Source of the DNA: Eledone cirrhosa
Lineage: Eukaryota
DNA length: 64,000 nt
Direction: 5' to 3'
Assembly (NCBI GenBank): GCA_964016885.1
Contig: OZ024757.1
Location: 11,284,001-11,348,000 of the forward strand
The first letter of the stretch is position 1; each line of letters begins with the position of its first letter. The notes under the pieces are model-generated. The model had not been told where the DNA came from and did not search any database. It saw only the letters and a program-made list of their open reading frames with translations. Below, one piece after another: positions 10,870 to 21,809 of the stretch. The position numbers and the translations under genes were made by a program.

Positions 10870-11153
10870 CTTTGTATTTGGTTGTTATGTCTCTCTCTCT
10901 CTCGCTCTAATTATATATATATATATAACAAAGAAATTGGGGTAAGGAACCAGATGGACCATAACGCACCAGTGTACTGAATACTTAGGGTAGTAGAGTG
11001 GGAAATAGAATAAAGTATAACCCCGACGGCAGAGCTCAAGCCGTTTCGACGGCTATTTCTGGACTCAGAGTCCAGCAATAGCCGTCAAAACGGCTTGAGA
11101 TCTGCCATCGGGGTCATACCTTTTCCTATATATATATATATTTGGTTGTCATG

Positions 11154-11186
<33 letters not shown>

Positions 11187-11238
11187 CTTTGGTTGTTATG
11201 TCTCTCTCTCTATATATATATATCTTTATATTTGGTTG

Positions 11239-11271
<33 letters not shown>

Positions 11272-11490
11272 CTTTGTATTTGGTTGTTATGTCTCTCTCT
11301 CTGTATATATATATCTTTGTATTTGGTTGTTATGTCTCTCTCTCTCTTTGTATATATATATATATCTTTGTGTATGGTCGTTATGTCTCTCTCTCTCTAT
11401 ATATATATATATTTATCTTTGTATTTGGTTATTATGTCTCTCTCTTTCTATATATATATACATATATCTTTATATTTGGTTGTTATGGCT
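10752..11490. repeat. Compound minisatellite TTGGTTGTTATG(TC)n(TA)n, interrupted at ~10925-11127
   Basis: Same unit as 6975-7408. Confidence 0.9.
11015..11119. repeat. 105-bp palindrome made of two hammerhead 3' halves
   Basis: Near-perfect hairpin centred at 11067. The minus strand of the left arm reads GAAA-CGGC-ttgagctct-GCCG-TC-GGGG. Confidence 0.7.
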
Positions 11491-11556
11491 CTAGATAAAG
11501 TCTATTGAGCTTCGTTATTGAGAAACACAAAATTCTAAACATATTTGATATGTCAT

Positions 11557-11750
11557 ATACTCAAATAATTATTTCTACTTTTGGCACAAGGCCAGCAATT
11601 ACCCAGTACATTACTGGGACTTTATTTTCTCGACTCCGTAAGGATGAAAAGCAAAGTTGACCTCGGCGGGATTTGAACTCAGAATGGAAAGGGCCGTAAT
11701 TCTATGCGTCAAAGCATGGCGTCCGACCCTCTACTGATACTACCAATCCA
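11557..11750 (-). mobile_element. tRNA-derived SINE (left arm of head-to-head pair)
   Basis: Reverse complement of 11774-11966, including the B box GAGTTCAAATCCC. Confidence 0.85.
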
Positions 11751-11768
11751 TATTTGAGTATATAATAG

Positions 11769-11956
11769 GGCGGTGGATTGGCAGTATCGGTAGAGGTCGG
11801 ACCCCATCCTTTGACGCATAGAGTTACGGCCCTTTCCATTCTGAGTTCAAATCCCACCGAGGTCAACTTTGCTTTTCATCCTTACGGAGTCAATAAAATA
11901 ACGTACCAGTAATGCACTGGGTAATTGATGGCCTTGTGCCAAAAGTAGAAACAATT
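11769..11956 (+). mobile_element. tRNA-derived SINE, full length
   Basis: A box TGGCAGTATCGGTAGA, B box GAGTTCAAATCCC, core GAGGTCAACTTTGCTTTTCATCC. TATTTGAGTATATA occurs on both sides (TSD-like). Confidence 0.85.
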
Positions 11957-11974
11957 ATTTGAGTATATATATAT

Positions 11975-12365
11975 ATATAGAATTCACAAGAATAAAAGCT
12001 ATGTTCAAAGCATTTATTCACTTACAATTGTTTCATCCAAACCAAGGCTTGGAGTCTTCGGACCATTTTTCAATGCTTGTACACATAATTGACCTCCTTT
12101 CCAACGCAAGAGACGTACAGATACATATATATATCTATTGATGTACAGTGGAGTGACATATATTATACTATACTATATTATATGTCACTCCACTGTACAT
12201 CAATAGATATATATGTATCTGTATGTCTCTTGCGTTGGAAAGGAGGTCAATTATATGTACAAGCATTGAAAAATGCTCCGAAGACTCCAAGCCTAGGTTT
12301 GGATGAAACAATTGTAAGTGAATAAATGCTTTGAACATAGCTTTTATTCTTGTGAATTCTATATA
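11975..12365. mobile_element. Foldback element: ~185-bp inverted arms, each with a hammerhead-like motif and AATAAA
   Basis: Near-perfect palindrome centred near 12171, inserted in (TA)n. Confidence 0.85.
12274..12320 (+). ncRNA. Minimal hammerhead-like motif (non-canonical core)
   Basis: TGCT-CCGAAGA-CTCCAAGCC-TA-GGTTTGGAT-GAAA-C-AATT-G-TA-AGTG-AATAAA. It has U4C and a C/T mismatch at the base of stem II. Mirror copy at 12019-12065 (minus). Confidence 0.55.
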
Positions 12366-12514
12366 ACTGCTCTGTAGAACAACTGATGTTATTACATTGA
12401 GCTATTTATCTTACTGGTAATAAGGTAGTAATAAATTATTGACCTTCCCTGTTTATAGTTTTAATATACATAACTATAAAAAGTTTAAAATATACATAAC
12501 TATAAATAGTATCC

Positions 12515-12549
<35 letters not shown>

Positions 12550-12756
12550 CCTGGTAGTCACAGATCTGTCCAGTTTGTTTGTCTACCAACATATCAGTAA
12601 TAAAATTAAACATTTTCTATGTATTTTCTCTAAGGAGAACCTGTTTTGTTTCCTGTTATACATAAAACTTTGCATCTTCGAAATATATATAATGAAATAA
12701 ATAGAGATGATATAAAGTATATATCATCTGTTTATTACTAATATTATATATATATA

Positions 12757-12890
12757 GTTACGGCCCTTGCCATTCTGAGTTCAAATCCGCCAAGGTTAAC
12801 TTTGCCTTTCATCCTTACGGGGTCGATAAAATAAAGTACCAGTAATGCACTGGGTAAATGATGGCCTTGTGCCAAAAGTAGAAACAATTA
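12757..12890 (+). mobile_element. 5'-truncated tRNA-derived SINE
   Basis: B box and core as in 11769-11956; flanked by (TA)n. Confidence 0.8.
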
Positions 12891-12996
12891 TATATATATA
12901 TATATATAACTCCGGAAAACCATAACTGTTGAGTGCCTCCAATCTATTGTAAAACTCATTCTTTGATTTATTCATTGAACCTTGTTTAACATTTAA

Positions 12997-13027
<31 letters not shown>

Positions 13028-13139
13028 TGTCATTATAGTTTATTGTCACGACAGGAAAACCTTTAATTATTAAGACTATCATGGAAAGCTTGGAAAAAGG
13101 GTGGGAGTAGAGAAGGATATACAGCCGCTAAGTGAGAAG

Positions 13140-14170
13140 CTATTTCTCTCATTTCTCTCCAGCCGTCGCATATCCTCTGCAGTTGCTGCCCATGTCTCAC
13201 TACCATGCAGCATCGCGCTCTTCACACCGGCATCATATAACCAGCCTTTCGTATGCAGGGAGAAACCCTTCTTCGACAGCAGCTCCCTAAACTTCTTCCA
13301 ACCCGTCCTTATTCTAGATACTATGGCCTCTGAACCCCCCCCCCCCCTCCCATGCTAATCTGATCTCCTAGGTACCGGAAGCTATCCACCACTTCTATAG
13401 CACCTGCCTGCATTTGTAAAATGTGTCTATCACTGTGACTTCTACTGTCTAATTTCCCTGTACATCTACTGCATACGTATTTCTCCCTACCTGTTAGTTT
13501 GCCTGCTATCCCGCTACATCTCTTGTGTACCCAGGATCTGCATTGTGCGCATTTTATGGAATTTATGCCAGTTCCTTTTCTGCATATCGAACATGGCCAT
13601 TTCCCTGATGAAATCAGATTTTTGTCCTCTTTTCTACTCATCAACACTTTTGTGTTAGCTAGGTTCACTCTCAGTCCTCTTGCTTCCAACTGCTGTTTCC
13701 ATAGCCAGAATTTATTCTCTAGCTCCTCTACTGATTCTGCTATAAGAACCAGATCATCAGTATAGAGAAGTTCCCATGGACATCCAGTCTTTAGCTCCTC
13801 TGTTATGGCTTGGAGGACTATAATGAACAAGAGTGGGCTGAGGACGGAACCTTGATGTACACCTACTTGCATCTTGAATTCCTCACTAAACTCCATTCCT
13901 ACCCTGTCTTTACTGACAGCACCTCTGTACAAAGTTTGCACTGTCCTCACAAGCCATTCCCCAACACCTAGTTTCCTTAGGGACCACCATGACAGATCGG
14001 GGTACCCTATCAAAGGCCTTCTCTAGGTCAACAAAGGCTAAGTATAGAGTATAGTGGCTTATTCATCTCTAAGAACCTCTCTTGTAATTGTCTCACCAAG
14101 AAGAGCGCATCTGTTGTACTTTTCCCAGACACAAAACCAAACTGCATCTCATCTAGTTTAACCCTTTCAT
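13140..14170 (-). mobile_element. RTE LINE RT fragment (family B), frameshifted
   Basis: MQFGFVSGKSTTDA, GVHQGSVLSPLLF, LLYTDDL, PHD-like Cys cluster, VDSFRYLG. Confidence 0.9.
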
Positions 14171-14182
14171 AACCTGATCCAC

Positions 14183-14227
<45 letters not shown>

Positions 14228-14257
14228 CATATATATATATATACATATATATATATG

Positions 14258-15495
14258 TCTAAGACTAAAGTCCTAGTTTGTAGGAAGGAAAATAGGGCAC
14301 AGGTACCCTCAGGGAAATGGCCATGCTCAGTGTGTAGGAAAGGAGTAGGCAGAAATTCCATTTTATGTCCCAAATGCAAAGTATGGGTACATAAAAATGT
14401 AGTGGGATCACAAGTAAACTATCTAAGAACGTAGACTTTATATGTGGCCGATGCTCAGGTGCAATAAGTAGCAAGTGTCCACAGGATACTAGCTCCTTCT
14501 ATTGCCCAGATGGTTCTATAGAAATAGTAGACACTTTCCGTTACCTGGGTGACGAAATCAGCAGTGGTGGAGGGTGCTCTGAAAGTACAGTAGCCAGAGT
14601 CAGAACGGGATGGAAAGAGTTCAGAGAGCTTATACCGCTGTTGGGCGCTAAAGGTTTCTCTCTAAAAATGAAAGGCAGATTGTATGATGCTTGTATATGA
14701 ACAACAATGCTACATGGCAGTGAGACATGGGCATTACGTGCAGAGGACCTGCGTGGACTGGAAAGGAACGTAGCATGCATGCTCCGTTGGATGTGTAATA
14801 GTAATATACGTGAACAGCAAAGCATAAATGAACTAAGTGAGAAATTAGGAATAAGAGGGATCAGATGCTGTTTACTCGAGAGAAGACTACGGTATGGCCA
14901 TGTGATGCGCATCTAAGACGACAGCTGCATAAAAACGTGCAGGGCGATCAAAATTGATGGTAGTTACAGAGTAGGTAGACCCAGAAAAACCTGGGACGAT
15001 CTGATAAATTCCGACATTACACACTTGCACCTCTCTAAGACGATGTCACTGGAACGAGATCTTTGGCGCTACGCAGTAATACAGAAGACCCACCTTCCAC
15101 ATGTACAGAGTGAAACCTACAATCAGTAGGCTCCTCATAACCAAATATACACCCCAATCCACTACCCCTACCCTATCCTCCCACTCCCACCAACCTCTCT
15201 CTATTGGTACCACAACATCCAGTCCAAATAAATGAGAAAATGAGATCGAGATCATGTAGGTATCATAAAAAAACTCACAGTCCATGCTGTAATGTGGTCG
15301 TGTAGGTAACACGGTAAAAAGTTCCCAGTTCCACACTGTAAATGTGGTTGGGCATCCAGCCGTAAAAAACCTGCCAGATAGTCCTATATGAGCGAGACAC
15401 GGTCACCCGACCAACCTTGCCTCAAGTGGGACAACTTCCGTCTAACCCATGCTAGCGTGGAAAATGGACGTTAAACGAAGATGATGATGATGATA
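14258..15495 (+). mobile_element. RTE LINE 3' portion (family A)
   Basis: KTKV..GKWPCSVC..YLG..HGSETW..GRPRKTW, then 3' UTR and (GAT)n tail. Contains stops and frameshifts. Confidence 0.9.
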
Positions 15496-15626
15496 CATAC
15501 ATATATATATACATATATACGTACATATATATATATACATATATATATATACATATACATTTATATATATACCTATATATATACATTTGTATATATATAC
15601 ATAAATATATATATATACATATATAC

Positions 15627-16525
15627 ATGGCTTGTATAGCTCTCATAAGCCATTTATTATACACCTAGTTTTCTAAGAGCCCACCAGATAATGGAGCGGA
15701 CGACTCCCTCAAAGGCTTTCTCCATGCGCAGCCGGTCTTGAACTCCTCTGTTATAGCCTGAAGGACAATAATAAATAGGAGGGGGCTAAGGACAGAGCCC
15801 TGATGAACACCAACTTTTACACTAAATTCTTCACAATATTCATTGTTAATTCTAACCTTACTGACTGTTTCATTATACATAGCTTGTATAGCTCTCACAA
15901 GCCATTCATCTACACCTAGTTTTCTAAGAGCCCACCAGATAATAGAGCGGGGGACTCTGTCAAAGGCTTTCTCCAGGTCTACAAAAGCTAAGTAGAGGGG
16001 TTTACTTTTAGCTAGGTACTTCTCCTGTAGTTGTCGTACAAGAAAAAGAGCGTCTGTAGTACTTTTACCTGACACAAACTCAAACTGCATTTCATCTAGA
16101 TCAATTCGCTCTCTGTGACATTCATGACCTGGTCAACTAACTTAATGCTTCTATAGTTTCCCCAATCTAGAGCATCCCCTTTACCCTTGTAGCAGTTAAT
16201 GATGATGCTGCTACACCAGTCCTTCGGAACAACCCCATTCTGTATTACTTGGTTTACTATCTGGGTAACCATAGTATGTCCCACCATTCCAGATGCTTTC
16301 AACATCTCAGCAACTATCTCTGAAGGTACAGCTGTCTTCATATCTTTGATTGCCTTACTTATTATACTACCTTTAATTTGCACTGCTGGTCCCTCTATTG
16401 GATCATTGTGGGGTAGACTATCTTTTTCCCATTTATTCTACTCACTTAGTAGCCTCTCGTAGTGACACTTCCAAGCTATCTTCTTATCAGTAAAAGTGAG
16501 GGCAAGTACACCATTATCATTATGG
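15627..16525 (-). mobile_element. RTE LINE internal fragment (family A), rearranged
   Basis: YKGKGDALDWGNYRSIKL, FVDLEKAFDRV, GVHQGSVLSP. A ~95 bp segment is repeated at 15627-15724. Confidence 0.88.
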
Positions 16526-17103
16526 CCACATAATTAAATAGACGGAGGTAATTTAAATAATAAAGACAGTCATGATAATAATATATTTTATATCACATGT
16601 AACAGTGGAATCTGGTTAATTACTGGATCGTTGTAGGGTTCACATAATTATATTATTTACACACATTAATATAGACATTAAGTAAATCTTTGTCAACTTA
16701 CCTCCTTCACATATAATCAATGTGTTGTGTTGTTAGTTGTTACTAAACAACCAAAGAAATAATCTCTTTGTTATCAATTTAAATGTTTCAAAGATGTTAT
16801 CAGCTTTATTTCACGACATTAACGTTGGTGTATCTTCTTCATCTTTAGTCATAAATTGATATCTTGTCAGAATGAAGTAGTGAGGCTGACTTTATGTCTT
16901 TAGCTACAGATTTGATAGGAAATATATATATATTAGGTTGATATGTGGTCTAAAATATATATATTGTCTATAAATGACTGATAGCAGATGTTCTGGTGAA
17001 ATAGTAGTGTTACTACTACAGATTGTAATGGAACTCTTAGTAGACACAATTGTAAAGTAAGAATAGATATGACAGTGTAAGACTGATGTCCGGGAATTAA
17101 AAT

Positions 17104-17164
<61 letters not shown>

Positions 17165-17400
17165 GTTACACAAGATATAATTAGATTAAGAAGACAGCAG
17201 TTACTCGATGTCGTTGGAAATGATTTAACTCCCTTACCGGTGTCATTAGTTAAAAGTCCCTGATATAATTTAATACATTCAGACAGTTCCAATCGTATTT
17301 AATCGATAGTAAATGAAAAGGTGTCACTCAGTAAAATATCAATTATATATCTACGTAGTGTCTCTGACTGCTAGAAATAGCAGTGAAATTATCCATTACA
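16526..17400. repeat. Segmental duplicate of 32056-32915 containing a minus-strand splice donor
   Basis: Long near-identical direct repeat. GAG|GTAAGT donor at 16696-16701 (minus). Confidence 0.85.
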
Positions 17401-17861
17401 GACTTTTCTTTCTTTAAACTCTTACGTTTAGTAGATGTTTGTGTTGAGAATTTGTGTATGGTATCACGGAAGTCACCATTGAAGATGTTAAAAGCAATGT
17501 TGTTGAAAATAGCATCGTACAGCTTTGTAATTGTTTATATATAATTTATTTACAGATTACAAAGGTTAGAAGAATGTCTCTTGAGAGGATAGTTAATGTT
17601 ATCAATAAAAAGGTTATAAAGATTTAAAGACGTACGGTCAACTGGCTGAGGCGTTAGCCAGACCTGTATTGATATCTGTTGCTACATATTGTCTATGCTT
17701 GAGGAACGATTGGCTGGACTGAGCCAAACAACGCACAGAGAATGTATCCATGAGCCCTCGGAATGTAGGTCACTACAATACCCTCTATTTAGTCTGCAAG
17801 ACGATACATAAGATTGAATCAGCAGGAAAAAGGCTTAAAGAGAGGACATCAATGAATATCA

Positions 17862-20116
17862 TCAGCATCGTTTAACGTCCATATTCCACGCTTGCATGGG
17901 TTTGGACGGGCGTTTTCCAACTTGAGGCAAGAGTGGTTGTCTTGCTCGCATAGGACTGTCTGGCGGGTTTTCTACGGCTGGATGCCCTTCCTAACACCAA
18001 CCACATTTACAGTGTAGAACTGGGAGGTTTTTACCGTGTTATCTACCATTCACATTACAGCGTGGACCTACACGACCTCATTTGTTTCGGCCTGGATGTT
18101 GTGGTACCAACATAACTTTACATTGAAAGGGGTGGTGTGGATGGGGTGGAGGTAGTGTTACGGGGGTGTATTTTGTTAGAGGTGTCTACTGATTGTATTA
18201 GGTTTTACTTTGTATTTAGGTAAGGCGGGTCTTCTCTATTACTGTGAAGTGCCAAAGATCTCGGTCCAGTGACATTGTCTTGGAGAGGTGTAAGTGTGTG
18301 AGGTCGGAATTTATCAAGTCGTCCCAGGTTTTTCTGGGTCTGCCTACTCTGTGGCTACCGTCTATTTTTATTGTCCTGCACTTTTTTATGCAGCTGCCGT
18401 CTTTCATGCGCATCACGTGACCATACCAACGTAGCCTTCTCTCGAGTAAACAACATCTGATACCTCTTATTTCTAATCTTTCCCTTAGTTCGTTTATGGT
18501 TTGCTGTTCACGTATATTACTATTACACATCCAGCGGAGCATGCAAGCTACGTTCCTCTCTAGTCTGCGTATATCCTCTGCACACAATGCCCAGGTCTCA
18601 GTGCCATGCAACATTGCTGTTCGTATGCAGGCATCATACAGCTTGCCTTTCAATTTAAGGGAAAACCCTTTAGCGGCTAATAGTGGTATAAGCTCTCTGA
18701 ACTTTTTCCATCCAGTTCTGACTCTAGCTATTGTACTTTCAGAGCACCCTCCCCCACTGCTGATTTTGTCACCCAAGTAACGGAAGCTGTCCACTATTTC
18801 TATAGAACCATCTGTGCAATGGAATGTGCTAGTATTCTGTGGGAACTTGCTGCTACTTATTGCACCAGAGCACCGACCACATATAAAATCTATGTTCTTA
18901 GTTAGCTTACTTGTGATCCCACTACATCTTTTATGCACCCATACTTTGCATTTGGGACATAAAATGGAGTTTCTACCTACTCCTTTCCTACACACTGAGC
19001 ATGGTCATTTCCCGGATGGGACCGCCGCCCTATTTTCCTTCCTACAAACTAGAACTTTAGTCTTAGACAGGTTAATTTTAAGGCCTTTTGATTCTAGGCC
19101 ATGCTTCCATGTTTGGAATTTCTTCTCTAGTTCGGCCATTGATTCAGCTATGAGCGTTAGATCATCTGCGTATAGGAGTTCCCATGGGCAGCCGGTCTTG
19201 AACTCCTCTGTTATAGCCTGAAGGGCAATAATAAATAGTAGGGGGATAAGAACGGAGCCCTGATGAACACCAACTTTTACGCTAAACTCTTCACTATATT
19301 CGTTGTTAATTCTAACCTTGCTGACTGTTTCTTTATACATGGCTTGTATAGCTCTCACAAGCCATTCATCAACACCTAGTTTTCTAAGAGCCCAACAGAT
19401 AATGGAACGGGGGACTCTGTCGAAGGCTTTCTCCAAGTCGACAAAAGCTAAGTATAGGGGTTTACTTTTAGCTAGGTACTTCTCCTGTAGTTGTCGTACA
19501 GGTGTCCCACCGTTCCAGAAGCTTTCAACATCTCAGCAACTATTTCCGAAGGCCCAGCCGCCTTACCCTTCTTCATATCTTTGATTGCCTTACTTATTAT
19601 ACTACCTTCGACTAACACTGCTGGTCCCTCTATTGGGTCGATGTGGGGGAGACTGTCTTTCTCCTATTTATTCTCCTCATTTTGTAGCCTTTCGTAGTGA
19701 CACTTCCAAGCTACCTTCTTATCAGCGTCAGTGATGGCAAGTACACGATCATCATTAAGTACACACTTCTCCGCGACAATATCACGGTTTTCCTTGACAC
19801 ATTGCCTAACAATCCTGAACACGTCACGTTTTTGGTCTTTGCGTTGTAGAACATGCTTGAACTTTCTTTCCTCTGCTTCCCTTCTTGCGAAGTACACTTG
19901 TCTCCTAGCTTCCCTCCTGGCCACTTGATAGTCTTCTCTACTTCCCCCATTCCGCCATACATTCCAAGCCTGCTTTTTGGCCTTAATTGACTCCTCCTAC
20001 TGTTCCACCACCATGTTACTCTCCTCCTGCCTATAGGCCTGTTCCAGCCACAGACTTCATCTGCTGCCATCAGCAGGTTTGCTTTCAGGAATTCCCACTG
20101 TTCCTCTATATTGTAC
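17862..20116 (-). mobile_element. RTE LINE (family A), longest copy, 5'-truncated with internal deletion
   Basis: TWWWN, DLEKAFDRV, QGSVL, LLYADD, PHD-like cluster, FRYLG, LRWYGHV, GRPRKTW, 3' UTR. Deletion junction near 19500. Confidence 0.92.
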
Positions 20117-20189
20117 TGCTTTCAGGAATTCCCACTGTTCCTCTATATTGTACATATATATGTATATATATATATGAATATAGATGTAT

Positions 20190-20778
20190 TGAGAGAGAGA
20201 CTGAGCATAAGAGGAATCAAATGCTGCGTGCAGGAGAGGCGGTTACGCTGGTATGGACATGTGATGCGTATGAAGGATGACAGCTGCATAAAAAGGTGCA
20301 GAGCACTAGAAGTTGATGGAAACCGCGGAGTGGGGAGACCCAAGATGACTTGGGATGAGGTGATAAAAGCCGACCTTACCCAACTACACCTCTCAAAGTC
20401 AATGACACACGACCGTGACTTCTGGCGTCACGCAGTAATACAGGGTACCCGACCTCCCATGGGTACATGCTGAAGCATATAAACAATATGCCCCCCCCCC
20501 CCCACCGCAAGGTGGTCGTGGAGGTGCCACGGCAAAAAAGCACCCAGCCCACACTGTAAAGTGGACGTGTAGGCGCCACGAAAAAGCACCCAGCACTCAC
20601 TGTAAATGAGGTTGGTGTTAGGAAGGGCATCCAGCTGTAGAAATCAAGCCAGATCAGTTCCTGTATGAGCAAGGCATGGTCAGCCGACCAGACACTGCCC
20701 ACAACAGGACAACCCGTCTAACCCATGCTAGCGTGGAAGAACGGACGTAAAACGGTGATGATGATGATGATGATGATG
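20190..20778 (+). mobile_element. RTE LINE 3' end (family C)
   Basis: RRLRWYGHVMRM..GRPKMTW..DRDFW, 3' UTR, long (GAT)n tail. Confidence 0.88.
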
Positions 20779-20907
20779 TATATATATATTTGTATATAGT
20801 TTTAATATAGATGAGATTCTACAGGACTAGAACTGTTTCATTCATTAGAAATCATCAGGAATCATTTGTATATATATATATGTATGTATATATGATATAT
20901 ATATGTA

Positions 20908-21769
20908 CATGTGTGGACGATATTTGGTCGCAATTTTCAACTGCTAATTTTATGCAAATTTTGTTTACTTCCGTTGTCACTCTTGTCCTCATAAAAACAG
21001 TGACTATATTTCCATTATTTATTTTCAGAATAATTGATTATGAATAATTTTGAACCTCCAAATTTGTGGCAGAGACACAGAGTTCTTCTTGGAATCTGCG
21101 CCGGGAGGACAAATAAGACCAGAATATCAACTCCCAGAACAACAGGTGGCTCGCTGTCTCATCCAAAGACGTGCCCAGAGTCATGCAGATAAAGTTTCCA
21201 TCGACAACATTGGTCTTAGGTGTCGTCATGCCACCTGACTGCTTCCCTGAGAGTCTCAAGCTGAACACCGATGGCTACATTCGCGTTCTGAGCGAGGTAG
21301 TAAAGCCCTGGATCGACCAGGTAGCTGCAGGTAGGCCGTACATGTGGCACCAAGACTCAGCGCCCTGCCATACCAGCCGAAAGGTCCAAGCCTGGCTGTC
21401 AGAGAACTTCGTCGACCTCACCTCCCCTGATATTTGGCCTCCCAGCTAGCCTGACTGAAATCCTCTCGACTTCTTTGTGTGGGGCACAGTGAAACAAGAC
21501 ACCAACAGATCTAGTTGCAATACGAAAGACGATATGAAGGCCAGGATCACAAGTACCTTTAGGGGCCTAAGTCAGGGGACAGTGACGAAGGCTTTTAGCC
21601 GGTTTCGAGGCCGTCATCAAAGCCAATGGCAGGGTGATCAAGTGAGATTGAAAGAACAAGTCATGAAGACAAACTGACCCAAGTTTGATAAATAAATCTT
21701 AAAAAACAAAACTACTGTGTTATTCTTTCCTAGACAGTAATCTTGCGAATAATTATCGTCCGCACCCTG
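20908..21769 (+). mobile_element. Tc1/mariner relic, DD37D (maT-type), internally deleted
   Basis: TA-flanked imperfect TIRs CA(T/GG)GTG(T/C)GGACGATA..TCGCAA. QDSAPCH...WPPS*PD*NPLDFFVWG has 37 residues between the last two Asp. Confidence 0.85.
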
Positions 21770-21809
21770 TATATATACATATATAATATATACATATATA
21801 TATGTATGT

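Noticed and set aside
11769-11860. tRNA gene (also 23791-23850)
   Set aside because: A and B boxes are present, but there is no cloverleaf or acceptor stem and the sequence continues into a multi-copy SINE core.
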